A program made the position numbers and the translations under genes. Below are positions 41,451 through 50,577 of a stretch of 58,401 bases of DNA, piece by piece. How positions within the stretch are numbered: position 1 is the first letter of the stretch; the number at the start of each line of letters is the position of its first letter. The notes beneath the pieces were generated by a model that saw nothing but the letters and a program-made list of their open reading frames with translations, was not told the DNA's origin and did no database searches. Source of the DNA: an uncultured virus (IMG/VR IMGVR_UViG_3300002835_000038) (Duplodnaviria > Heunggongvirae > Uroviricota > Caudoviricetes); IMG/VR virus record IMGVR_UViG_3300002835_000038, positions 62,001-120,401 of that record; one strand, given 5' to 3'.

Positions 41451-41607
41451 TTATTTTTTTTAATAATTCTTTATAGGAATTTATTTCTTCTTTGAAAGTA
41501 TTAATACTTTCTTTATCATTTATATTATAAATATTAAATAAATTGTTAATTTCACTTAATCTATTTTTTACCATATCTATTTTTTCTTGTATTATAGAAA
41601 CTTCCAT
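41419..41607 (-). CDS. Small coiled-coil hypothetical protein (62 aa)
   Basis: Fills the gap between neighbours on the same strand; overlaps the next start by 32 nt. Confidence 0.45.
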   Translation of the reverse strand: MEVSIIQEKIDMVKNRLSEINNLFNIYNINDKESINTFKEEINSYKELLKKINDEELNGTSK

Positions 41608-41611
41608 TTTT

Positions 41612-44005
41612 TTAATTTTTACTATTTAATTCCTTCTTTAATCTTTCCAATACCTCATTACCATCCTTACCATCATCTACACCGTTTAAGGCATCCATTT
41701 CTTCTTTGTTGTCAACGTACCTAACATTTTCCTTTTTTTGTTTTGGGTCGGTAGGTGTCATCTCTACGTTACTTATTTCTTTACCAGATAAACTTTGATT
41801 ACTTATTTTTGACATCTCAGTATTAACCCAATTTTTAAATGAATCTGTTTGAAATTCAATATTATCGTACAACCATTTTCTAGATTTCTCAATATCAGCC
41901 TGTGTAGGAGTTTTAACACCCTTCTCCCAAGGTCTCCAACCTTTGTTATATGCATTAAATAACATTGTATTATCTTTTACACTACCATCTGAAAGAAATA
42001 TTTCTTTAGTGGCTTTCCATTCATAACCATCATTCTGAATAGTAGTTTGTACTGTTGGTTTTAAATTGTGTTTTACTGTATTAATTTGGTTATTTAACCA
42101 CATTGCAACTTCAGGTTCTTTTAATACCTCTGTAAGTACTACAAACATACCTATTTCAGTTAATGCTTCGATACCAGCCTTTGTTTTTATATACTTACTC
42201 AAAGATGTAACAACATCCCCATTATTAGATAAAACTAAATTTTTAAATCTACTATCATTCGCAACTCTTCTTAAATTTGCCCTACCTATTCTAGAATCTA
42301 TTTTTGAAAGTGCATCACTATAAATTTTTGCTGCAGGTAAATCAATTTTACTAAAATCTTTAATTATTTCGTGACCAACCGCAACATCTGAACTATTTAA
42401 ACCATATTTCAATTTAGTTTCCTCATAAATTTCTTCTAATTTTGCATCTTTTTGTGCGGATTTTAAATTTTTATAGGATGGTAACTCTCTTTCAGTTCTA
42501 GAAATTACTTCATTAGCGTAACTATAAATTTTTGGGTTTTTTTCTGCGGCACTTAATATCCTTTTTGTTTGTCCTACACCACCACCAAATATACCACCTA
42601 ATAATGTCAAACCACCTGCCAATATTGCAGCATCCCTTTCCTCATTTGTATCCGCAGTTACCGCCTCAACACCATACGCACCTGCGTTTACAAAATCTAA
42701 CCCCATACTAACAATGGGTCCGACACCTGGTATTGCTAATGCTACAATAGACGCAACATCTAATGCACAATGATAATCAGTAAAACAGTCACCTAAATAA
42801 GACCAAATAGATGTTCCAGTTTTATATTTATTAATACTATTAATATCATTCGGTATGTCATTTGAAGATATTGATCGGATGTTTTGTGTAATAGTATTTA
42901 AATTATCTGTACCCCAATAGGCATTAAACCATCCCCACCATCCGTCAGGGAAAAGATTAGATTTATAAGCGTCTTTATCACTTTTAAATGCATCATCTAA
43001 ATCTTTTTGTAGTTTACCAAAATCAAAATAAAAATTAGAAAGATATACAACAAATTGTGCGGGATATTTACCTATTGTTTTTGACGAAACCACTTTACCC
43101 ATCTCATAGTCAAAATATTTTGCAGTATAAAATAGTGGTGGTGCACAAGTACTTCCTACTGAAGTTACACATACCTCCACATTACCTTTAACACTTGAAA
43201 TAACTTTATCTGAAATTAAACCACTTGTTAAATATCTTGTCGCATTTAATGCACTCTGAGCCATTAAATGATTTCCTGATAGTGGATTCTTAGGCATAAT
43301 GTCTGGAAATCCTCCAGGTGTCACCATATCAAACCCTAACCCCTTTAGGAAAGTCCTTACATTCTCAATGTTTGCATCTGAAGATGCCTTAGATTTATCT
43401 AATAATTCTTTTTCTTTTTTTAATGATGAATCTACATTAGAAATTGTTTTATTAACATCTTTAGATTTAACTGAATTAGTATAAATAGATTTTAATTTTT
43501 TAATCTCTTCTGCCCCATTATAATTCATTTTTTCTTTAGGGTCAACTTGATTACTCAAAGTAGTACCATCCATACTTGTATTAAACCACCATTCTTTTCT
43601 TTTATAATCGTAAGAATACTGATATTTACCGCCCTTTGATAGATTTATAAAATCTGAACCGTCTGAACTAGCCAACCAAGTAGTATCAAATTTAGATTTA
43701 CCTACCTTATAGGATTTTAAAAATGTACCACCATATGGGTTATTACTTTTTTCATCTAAATCATAAATACTTTTTTTACCATATTTTTTACTTAGTTCAT
43801 CTGTAGAATTAGCCCATAACCTATATAATTTGGCAATTGTCTTTTGTTCTGTAGTTACAACTCCATTTCTAGTTAAATCCTCAATATTAGATGTGGATTT
43901 CCAATTTAAAAGTGAATTACCGTCAGGAACTTGCCAAGTAACTGGTTGTTCAGATAAAAACACACGTTTATATTGTTCTTCAGATATTACTACTCTTTTT
44001 TTCAT
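41612..44005 (-). CDS. Leader-bearing protein with a pre-toxin-TG-like hydrophobic hairpin (797 aa)
   Basis: N-terminal VVISEEQYKRVFLSEQ; internal ALDVASIVALAIPGVGPIVSMGLDFVNAGAY...AILAGGLTLLGGIFGGGVG. Confidence 0.5.
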   Translation of the reverse strand: MKKRVVISEEQYKRVFLSEQPVTWQVPDGNSLLNWKSTSNIEDLTRNGVVTTEQKTIAKLYRLWANSTDELSKKYGKKSIYDLDEKSNNPYGGTFLKSYKVGKSKFDTTWLASSDGSDFINLSKGGKYQYSYDYKRKEWWFNTSMDGTTLSNQVDPKEKMNYNGAEEIKKLKSIYTNSVKSKDVNKTISNVDSSLKKEKELLDKSKASSDANIENVRTFLKGLGFDMVTPGGFPDIMPKNPLSGNHLMAQSALNATRYLTSGLISDKVISSVKGNVEVCVTSVGSTCAPPLFYTAKYFDYEMGKVVSSKTIGKYPAQFVVYLSNFYFDFGKLQKDLDDAFKSDKDAYKSNLFPDGWWGWFNAYWGTDNLNTITQNIRSISSNDIPNDINSINKYKTGTSIWSYLGDCFTDYHCALDVASIVALAIPGVGPIVSMGLDFVNAGAYGVEAVTADTNEERDAAILAGGLTLLGGIFGGGVGQTKRILSAAEKNPKIYSYANEVISRTERELPSYKNLKSAQKDAKLEEIYEETKLKYGLNSSDVAVGHEIIKDFSKIDLPAAKIYSDALSKIDSRIGRANLRRVANDSRFKNLVLSNNGDVVTSLSKYIKTKAGIEALTEIGMFVVLTEVLKEPEVAMWLNNQINTVKHNLKPTVQTTIQNDGYEWKATKEIFLSDGSVKDNTMLFNAYNKGWRPWEKGVKTPTQADIEKSRKWLYDNIEFQTDSFKNWVNTEMSKISNQSLSGKEISNVEMTPTDPKQKKENVRYVDNKEEMDALNGVDDGKDGNEVLERLKKELNSKN

Positions 44006-44008
44006 ATT

Positions 44009-45160
44009 TTAAACATTAGTTAATACAAATGTACCAACATCCATTTTATCTGTTTCAGTTGCCTTTTGAATAACAATTCTTTGTTTATTTGGGTTAATGT
44101 TTAATTCTTTATATATGTTACTAATATATTCTTTTGTGAATTTTATATTTCCTTTATCAGTTTTATCAACCAAAGATACATTCATCTTAGAACGGAAATT
44201 AAATTTGTTTGCCCCAACCTTTCTAACAATTGCAACTTTAGTACCATTTTGATCCTTAACAACGTATCTTTCCCCTTCTACACCCGCTTCTGCCTTTGCG
44301 TCGTCAAATGTGTCTCCAGTAATTTCTTCATCATCTTTACCCGCACCAAGTTCTATCATTTTTTCGGTTGGTTTAATTCCTAATGTTTTATACATTATTC
44401 GTATCTCATCACCCTTTCTAAATAAACCCTCCTTTTCAAATGTCGTATAAAAAGAATTCATACAAAACTGTACACCTTGTATATCTTCTTTTTGGAATTC
44501 TTCTTTGGTTTTACCCTGTCTAACTTGTTTGTACATATCCTTTACGAAATCTCTACACTCATCTTTACTCCTGTTAATTTCTTTTTTGGTTGCACTAACA
44601 TTGTCTTTTCTTTGTTGTTTAACATCACCAGCGTCTTGTTTTGTGGAGAATTCGGGATTAGTTCCAGCCTTAGACTTAAACCAATCTGATTTTAATGATT
44701 CAGTAAATTTAGTTTTAAATAAATCAACACCATTTCCTCCAGAATTTTTAGAGTCTATTAAGTTACCAATTAACTCAACTTGTTCTTTACCCTCCTCATC
44801 AATGTATGGGAACTCTAAATAACCTACCCAGTTACTCACAACTTTTTGATCCATAGTTAATTTAACTGAGTATCTTAGTACTGCCCTATTAAAATCAAAA
44901 CCGTTTTCTGTTTTTTTTCCTTTACCATCTAATCTCTCTTTTACTTTAACAATATTATATGGTCTAAAGTCTCTACTATAAATAGGTTCTGCCGCATTTG
45001 CGTCTTTAGTTTTAAAATCGTTTCCAGTTAGAATATCTGTAAAAGATTCCGTAGGCTCACTAACATCTTCAGTTATCAGATTACCGAACATTCTCTCTTC
45101 AGTAAAAAGAGATTTCATTCTATTAATCTCCTCATTTAAAGTACTGTTATATCTTTTCAT
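44009..45160 (-). CDS. Leader-bearing hypothetical protein (383 aa)
   Basis: N-terminal LNEEINRMKSLF...LITED; ATATTTATA 13 nt upstream. Confidence 0.5.
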   Translation of the reverse strand: MKRYNSTLNEEINRMKSLFTEERMFGNLITEDVSEPTESFTDILTGNDFKTKDANAAEPIYSRDFRPYNIVKVKERLDGKGKKTENGFDFNRAVLRYSVKLTMDQKVVSNWVGYLEFPYIDEEGKEQVELIGNLIDSKNSGGNGVDLFKTKFTESLKSDWFKSKAGTNPEFSTKQDAGDVKQQRKDNVSATKKEINRSKDECRDFVKDMYKQVRQGKTKEEFQKEDIQGVQFCMNSFYTTFEKEGLFRKGDEIRIMYKTLGIKPTEKMIELGAGKDDEEITGDTFDDAKAEAGVEGERYVVKDQNGTKVAIVRKVGANKFNFRSKMNVSLVDKTDKGNIKFTKEYISNIYKELNINPNKQRIVIQKATETDKMDVGTFVLTNV

Positions 45161-45213
45161 TTTTTTGTTTATATATAAATATTATAAAATTATAAAAAAG
45201 GTGTTATAAATAA

Positions 45214-45252
45214 AAAATCCTTACCATATAATATATATACGATAAGGATTTT
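45214..45252 (-). terminator. Putative intrinsic terminator after the tail tube gene
   Basis: AAAATCCTTA...TAAGGATTTT inverted repeat ending in a T-tract on the minus strand. Confidence 0.55.
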
Positions 45253-45274
45253 GTAAATATGTAAATAAACCGTA

Positions 45275-45763
45275 TTAGAATACGTTTATCGCTCTGTCAA
45301 ATCTAAGTGTTGCAGTGATATCTGCCAAATCAGAAGAAGAGTAATCTAACCCACCAAAGTCTACATCATTTAACTGAGTACTTTGAAGAATCCATTTTTG
45401 AACAACAACACCTGTTGGGTCCAACATTTCTAACTCTACATCTTTTTTGTAACCTGCAGCATAACCTTGTCTACCTGTTACTGATTCAGAGTGTAAACGA
45501 ACCCACTCCATTAACGCTTGTGTTGCAGAAGGTCCGATTGGATCTCTAAACGTTACGGAAATCGATTCCCATCTAAATCTACCGATAACATATGTCTCAG
45601 TATTTAGGAAAGGTATTGCTACCTCATCACTTGTATATTTTGGTCTAGACGTAGTAGATACCCACCACTCTTGAATTCCTAACTCGTCAGGAAATCTCAA
45701 AATAAACCTATTCTTTCTTAATGGTTCATAAGGAACAGGCATTCTCATTAATAAATCCGCCAT
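45275..45763 (-). CDS. Tail tube protein (T4 gp19-like)
   Basis: YEPLRKNRFILRF, WESISVTFRDPI, ALMEWVRL, YKKDVELEMLDPTGVVVQKWIL, FGGLDY, ATLRFDRA. Confidence 0.9.
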   Translation of the reverse strand: MADLLMRMPVPYEPLRKNRFILRFPDELGIQEWWVSTTSRPKYTSDEVAIPFLNTETYVIGRFRWESISVTFRDPIGPSATQALMEWVRLHSESVTGRQGYAAGYKKDVELEMLDPTGVVVQKWILQSTQLNDVDFGGLDYSSSDLADITATLRFDRAINVF

Positions 45764-45834
45764 TTTAAATTGTTTTTAATTTTTTTGTTATAGTTGTATT
45801 ATTTAATATATAAATATTCTGTTTTTGAAAAAAA

Positions 45835-46662
45835 TTATTTTTTTATAATTATTCTTTTCTTTTTAGGGTTCTTAGGGTCTGATGTGTCGTAAATTATAAA
45901 ATTAATTTCAGGATACAATTTATGTAATTCATCCTCTATTAGTTTTTCTATTATTTTAACATTACCTTCATCATCGTCACTAAATCCAACACTAATCCCC
46001 TCAAACTCAGAATTATTTTTAATATCCCCAATTTGTTTAACCACCTTTTCTACAAAACTTCTAAATGCAATCTCCTTACCTTTTTCGGGTTTAGTTCCGT
46101 CTACATCTAAACCAAATTTATTTATAAACTCTTCAGAAGAAACTGGATGATAATCTTGTAAATTTAAATACTCATCAATAGATAACCCATTTAGATTATT
46201 TTCCATTTCTTTTCTTTCGTCATATTTAAATGTTCTGTCGATTAAAATCTTTATACCATCTTTTATGGCTTGTGGTGAATTTGATCTTGCGGTAATTATT
46301 GAAAAATCACTACCACTCTTTAATGCCTCTTTAAATTTATTAAAACTAGGACCATAACTATAAGAACCACTATTTAATGCATTTTTGACATCTCTAATAA
46401 ATGCATCGTAATCTCTGAAATCTTTAAAGGATTGTTTTATATCATCGTTAAGATATCTAAACTCTGTACCTATTTTGTGTCTTACACTTCTAAATTGTTC
46501 AGTAGAAACAGATACTGGTACCCATAATAACCCATTAACACTATAGTCTAAGTGTATTCTTGTCGGCATATTTAGAATATTGTCATCCCAGTCAAATGAG
46601 TATACTTTTTTCTTAGTTTCCTTTAAAATTTTGTACTGTGATTCAGTAATTTTAATATTCAT
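45835..46662 (-). CDS. HAD-superfamily-like phosphatase domain protein with the shared leader
   Basis: YSFDWDDNI (motif I DxD), IITARS (motif II), K, GFSDDD (motif IV); leader IKITESQYKILKE. Confidence 0.65.
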   Translation of the reverse strand: MNIKITESQYKILKETKKKVYSFDWDDNILNMPTRIHLDYSVNGLLWVPVSVSTEQFRSVRHKIGTEFRYLNDDIKQSFKDFRDYDAFIRDVKNALNSGSYSYGPSFNKFKEALKSGSDFSIITARSNSPQAIKDGIKILIDRTFKYDERKEMENNLNGLSIDEYLNLQDYHPVSSEEFINKFGLDVDGTKPEKGKEIAFRSFVEKVVKQIGDIKNNSEFEGISVGFSDDDEGNVKIIEKLIEDELHKLYPEINFIIYDTSDPKNPKKKRIIIKK

Positions 46663-46686
46663 ACTATATAAATATTTGTAAAAATA

Positions 46687-46713
46687 AAAAAACCCATCGT
46701 TAAGACGGGTTTT
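46687..46713 (-). terminator. Putative intrinsic terminator
   Basis: AAAACCC-ATCGTTAAGAC-GGGTTTT hairpin with a T-tract on the minus strand. Confidence 0.65.
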
Positions 46714-46735
46714 AAAAAATGTTTTTTATTTTTTT

Positions 46736-47020
46736 TTAATTCATAACAGGTGAACCCGTTTTATCTTTAAGACAATTTAACGCAGTTACCGCTTTCATAC
46801 CCATACCAAGTGGATCACTCATCACCATTTTACCCAAATCTTCCATACATTTGGCGGCATCACCTGACACACAAGACATAGGTGGTTTAATACCCGCATC
46901 TTTACAACATTGTTCTAAATCTTTTTTTGGGTCATTTTCTTCTTTCAATACGACACCAACAATTCTTTTTAAATCTGATTCTGAAAGTGTAATAACTTTA
47001 CCATTTTTTTTAATTTTCAT
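46736..47020 (-). CDS. Small leader-bearing protein with five Cys (94 aa)
   Basis: MKIKKNGKVITLSESDLKRIVGVVLKEE leader. Confidence 0.6.
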   Translation of the reverse strand: MKIKKNGKVITLSESDLKRIVGVVLKEENDPKKDLEQCCKDAGIKPPMSCVSGDAAKCMEDLGKMVMSDPLGMGMKAVTALNCLKDKTGSPVMN

Positions 47021-47045
47021 CTTTTTTTATTTTTTAATAATATTA

Positions 47046-47375
47046 TTACCATTTAGCACACTGAGTACTTAAATTTTTCTGTGTTGGTTTACCGTGTTTA
47101 TTAAAAAGATTTTTAATTTTTCTTTTGAATCTTTGTAAGTTTTTAGGTAATTCACCCTTAGTTAAAAAGTTTTCTACTTTATCTAAAATTTGTTGTACTT
47201 TAGTTGGGTCTGGATTGTCTTCATCCACTGCATCTAATTCTACATCCAAACTTGTATTTTCAGTATTCTCTGATTCATTAGCGTCTTGTTCTCTAAGTAA
47301 TTTCATAGTAATTCTTTTCAAATCACTTTCAGACAAACTAATTATTTTTCCGTTTTTTTTAATTTTTAATCCCAT
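47046..47375 (-). CDS. Small leader-bearing protein (109 aa)
   Basis: MGLKIKKNGKIISLSESDLKRITMKLLREQ leader. Confidence 0.6.
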   Translation of the reverse strand: MGLKIKKNGKIISLSESDLKRITMKLLREQDANESENTENTSLDVELDAVDEDNPDPTKVQQILDKVENFLTKGELPKNLQRFKRKIKNLFNKHGKPTQKNLSTQCAKW

Positions 47376-47392
47376 TTCTTTTTATTTTATGT

Positions 47393-47420
47393 AAAATAGG
47401 GGGGTATTAACCCCCCAATT
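47393..47420 (-). terminator. Intrinsic terminator after the tail sheath gene
   Basis: GGGGGG-TATTAA-CCCCCC hairpin (47399-47416) just after the sheath stop, followed by TATTTT on the minus strand. Confidence 0.7.
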
Positions 47421-47427
47421 ATTTTTA

Positions 47428-50277
47428 TTAAATATCGTCAAAACTTGCTCCAGTATTTGTGATATTGAATTCTATCGAAATGTATTCTAATGATCTTGTT
47501 GGTTTAACAAATATTCTACCATTTAACTCATTTCTATCAATAGATTCTGGTGTATCATCTAACACTACTCTAAAGTCAGTTAAACCTCTTTCTTTTCTAA
47601 TATTATCTAAGATTGGGTTTACTAAACTTAAGAATTGGTTTCTAACTACCTCATCGTTTTGTTCAAACAACAATCTGATAGATACTGCAGATATAAGTTT
47701 TCTTGCTTGTAACAATAATCTTCTTACGTTGATTCTGTTAAGTGCACTTTCTCTAACTTGTAAAGTTTTATTACCGAATATTACAACACCTACATCTGAG
47801 AATGTTGCCATTGGGTTAATTCTACCCTCATACAAATCATCTCTATCGTCTAACTTAAGTTTAAGTCTTGCCTTAACTGCGTTTGTCGTACCTCTATTTA
47901 AACCAGCTGCTGCGAACCAAGGGAAAGCAACGTTATCTGTAAGTGCGATATTTCTCATAACCTCTACCGTTGGAGGTAACCAAACGTATCTGTTATTTTC
48001 CGTATCATTCATCTGAATCCAAGGCCAGTAAGTGGCAGAATAGTTAGAATCAATACCTGAATCCTCTACTAAATCAACTGCCTCATCTGGTGTTATAGTT
48101 ACACCATCAACATCAGTATCAGGTGTTGTCATAACATATAATGAATCCGCTCTATCAACTTCAACCATATCTACTGCATTTTCAATCAAACTTACGTTAT
48201 CTCTAAGGTCGATACCTGGTGTTGCAAATACGTTAATATTAACTGCCTCAGGATTATTGAATGTATAAATACCGTTTAAGTATGCGTAGTAGTCAGAAGT
48301 TATACCATCATCACCTTCACTTGTTGTGAATGTTGTAAATGTACCGTTAGTTAAACCAATAGAACCTTTAGATCCTGTTTTAGTGTAAGAATCAATGTTA
48401 GTTCTAGTAGTTCTATACTCATCCCATCCATCCCATCCACCAAATGGTGTTAATGTGAATTTTCTTGTTGCTAATTTTTCATAAGGTCCATTAACCAAAC
48501 TAGCGTCAGTAGTAAATGCTGAAATACCAACCTGTAATGTAGGTACATAACTATTAACACCTAAGTCTATAGTTGCACCACTCGCATTAACGTCTAAGTG
48601 GAAGCCATCTGTTTTACCAGTATATTCACCGTTGTTAACTGCGTTCTTACCTTTATAGTCGAAGAAATCTTGATCTACTCCGATATCACTATTCAATCCT
48701 AAGTAAACTTTTCTTAATTTATTAGTGTTAAAGTCAGTATATCTTGTTTTGTATTCAATCTTCGGTGGTAAACCTGTTCTATTACCAATATAAGTTCTAT
48801 TAAGTACACCCTCAAAACCTGCTGGGAAATGGTTACCTAAGTCAGGATCATTCGGATCATATAACTCAACCATAATGAATTGACTTCTTAATGGATATTC
48901 ACTATCTACCGTACCAATTTTTCTACCGATAAAACCTGATGTAGTACTATCTAAGTTAATTGAAGAGAATTTCTCAACTACATTAGGGTTCGCATCAGTA
49001 TCGTAGAATTTTCTTACTACTAAATCAAATGTCTTATTATCTGGTTGAATATTTAAGATAGATATTTTTATATCTTCATTCGCAGCGTTACCATCAGATA
49101 TTGTTACAAATCTAAACAATCTTTGTAATGTTGCACCTGATCCAGTACCTTTTAATTCTGAAAGAACCCAAGGTGAAGCCGCAGATTTCCAACCTTCTAA
49201 ATAATTATTAAAGTTATTAGTTGATGTTGCAGAAATTTCTAAGAATGAAATATCTAAACCTCTTACTTGATCTTTAGCGATTAAATCTTCTAAAACATTA
49301 GTGTAAATCTCTTCTACCCACAATTCAGTTTCTTTATCCTGTACTGCACTACCGAATACTCTTGGTAAGAAATTCTTTTTAGTTCTATCCATAGATACGT
49401 CATATGTAAATGCGTTACCTGTAGAACCAGTACCATTAATACTGAACGAAGCCAATGCATTTGTTACAATATTAGATGTATTAGTCATAAATGCGTTTGT
49501 AGTACCAGTGACATCATAAATAATTTCCTGATTCGCTTGATCGTAAGTACCTCTAGGTCTTAAAGTCGCAATTACACTACCATCGATGTCAGTAAAACAT
49601 GATGCAGTATAAGTAACAACTGTACCACTTGTAGTTCCTGTTATGAAACCACCTGGTGAAGTACCACTATTTGTTACCGTCATATTAAAGGTTGCCCCAC
49701 TAAAATTACAATTAGTTTTATTGTAAACTGGTGATGTTTGACTAATAGTTTGTCCAGTACTTAATAAACCTATAGTTGTAAAACTAGAACTAATTTGATT
49801 ATTATTATATAATGATTGTAAAGTTGTGTCACCCCACGTAAGTGTAATTGGGTTACCTGTTGTTTGTGCAGAATACGTTAATAATGTTGAATATGTTGTA
49901 GATGTACCTGAAGCCACCGTATCGGGATTCTCACTAGAATCCAAAGTAATTGACCAAGAATCACCCGCTTTATATCCTGACAAACCTAAAACCCTACTAA
50001 CATATAATTGATTAGTTTGACTTAAAAATGATTTGGCAATATAATTTAATTCATATTTTTGGTAACCGTTACCCTTATATTTTTCAGGGTTCAAACCACC
50101 GAAATAGTTGATAAACTCATCGTAATTAGAAATGAAGACTGGTTCAAATGCTGGTCCCTTAGGTGTCTCACCCAATAACCCCAAAGTTGTAACCCCAACC
50201 TGTCTAGTAACGAAAGTTAAATCTTTTTCTGATGTAAATACACCAGGACTCACAAAAATTCTATCTGTTGATGCCAT
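47428..50277 (-). CDS. Contractile tail sheath protein (T4 gp18-like)
   Basis: FVSPGVFTSEKDL, GETPKGPAFEP, NVFATPG, SATYWPW, FPWFAAAGLNRG, LYEGRINP, GNKTLQ, ALNRINVRRLL, LLFEQND, FVKPTRSLEYI. Confidence 0.95.
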   Translation of the reverse strand: MASTDRIFVSPGVFTSEKDLTFVTRQVGVTTLGLLGETPKGPAFEPVFISNYDEFINYFGGLNPEKYKGNGYQKYELNYIAKSFLSQTNQLYVSRVLGLSGYKAGDSWSITLDSSENPDTVASGTSTTYSTLLTYSAQTTGNPITLTWGDTTLQSLYNNNQISSSFTTIGLLSTGQTISQTSPVYNKTNCNFSGATFNMTVTNSGTSPGGFITGTTSGTVVTYTASCFTDIDGSVIATLRPRGTYDQANQEIIYDVTGTTNAFMTNTSNIVTNALASFSINGTGSTGNAFTYDVSMDRTKKNFLPRVFGSAVQDKETELWVEEIYTNVLEDLIAKDQVRGLDISFLEISATSTNNFNNYLEGWKSAASPWVLSELKGTGSGATLQRLFRFVTISDGNAANEDIKISILNIQPDNKTFDLVVRKFYDTDANPNVVEKFSSINLDSTTSGFIGRKIGTVDSEYPLRSQFIMVELYDPNDPDLGNHFPAGFEGVLNRTYIGNRTGLPPKIEYKTRYTDFNTNKLRKVYLGLNSDIGVDQDFFDYKGKNAVNNGEYTGKTDGFHLDVNASGATIDLGVNSYVPTLQVGISAFTTDASLVNGPYEKLATRKFTLTPFGGWDGWDEYRTTRTNIDSYTKTGSKGSIGLTNGTFTTFTTSEGDDGITSDYYAYLNGIYTFNNPEAVNINVFATPGIDLRDNVSLIENAVDMVEVDRADSLYVMTTPDTDVDGVTITPDEAVDLVEDSGIDSNYSATYWPWIQMNDTENNRYVWLPPTVEVMRNIALTDNVAFPWFAAAGLNRGTTNAVKARLKLKLDDRDDLYEGRINPMATFSDVGVVIFGNKTLQVRESALNRINVRRLLLQARKLISAVSIRLLFEQNDEVVRNQFLSLVNPILDNIRKERGLTDFRVVLDDTPESIDRNELNGRIFVKPTRSLEYISIEFNITNTGASFDDI

Positions 50278-50374
50278 TTAAATTTAATTTATTTTTTATT
50301 ATTGATTTCGTTTTTTATTATAAATATGCCGATATTTTTGAAAAATTTATTTTTAAAGTCCCATTTTTAAAAAT

Positions 50375-50406
50375 AGTATGTTAATTATCATACTTTTATC
50401 ATACTT
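50375..50406. promoter_or_regulatory. Putative operator array (three CATACT boxes)
   Basis: AGTATG-N8-CATACT inverted pair plus TATCATACTT direct repeat at 50386-50395 and 50397-50406. Confidence 0.5.
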
Positions 50407-50421
50407 ATATTAAAAAGTGTT

Positions 50422-50577
50422 ATGAAACGGGATAAAAATCTGAAAATTACCCCCCAAACCCATAAATTATTGAAGGAGTACTGTGAGGATAATGGGTTAA
50501 AGATGTTTGCGTTTGTTGAAAAACTAATTAAAGATAAATGTAAACCAAAAAAAGATATATATGGTGATGACGAATAA
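50422..50577 (+). CDS. Small ribbon-helix-helix-like DNA-binding protein, 51 aa (absent from the ORF track)
   Basis: MKRDKNLKITPQTHKLLKEYCEDNGLKMFAFVEKLIKDKCKPKKDIYGDDE*; strand-helix-G-helix pattern of CopG/Arc-type proteins. Confidence 0.7.
   Translation: MKRDKNLKITPQTHKLLKEYCEDNGLKMFAFVEKLIKDKCKPKKDIYGDDE

Noticed and set aside
444..50011. Many short plus-strand ORFs in the track (e.g. 444..782, 15067..15489, 36482..36901, 47459..48016)
   Set aside because: They are antisense to long, motif-bearing minus-strand genes and show no recognisable domains.
11101..50277. Bacterial contractile injection system (eCIS/tailocin) or T6SS locus
   Set aside because: Phage-type replication genes are interleaved with the tail genes and there are no host housekeeping genes; a phage genome fits better.
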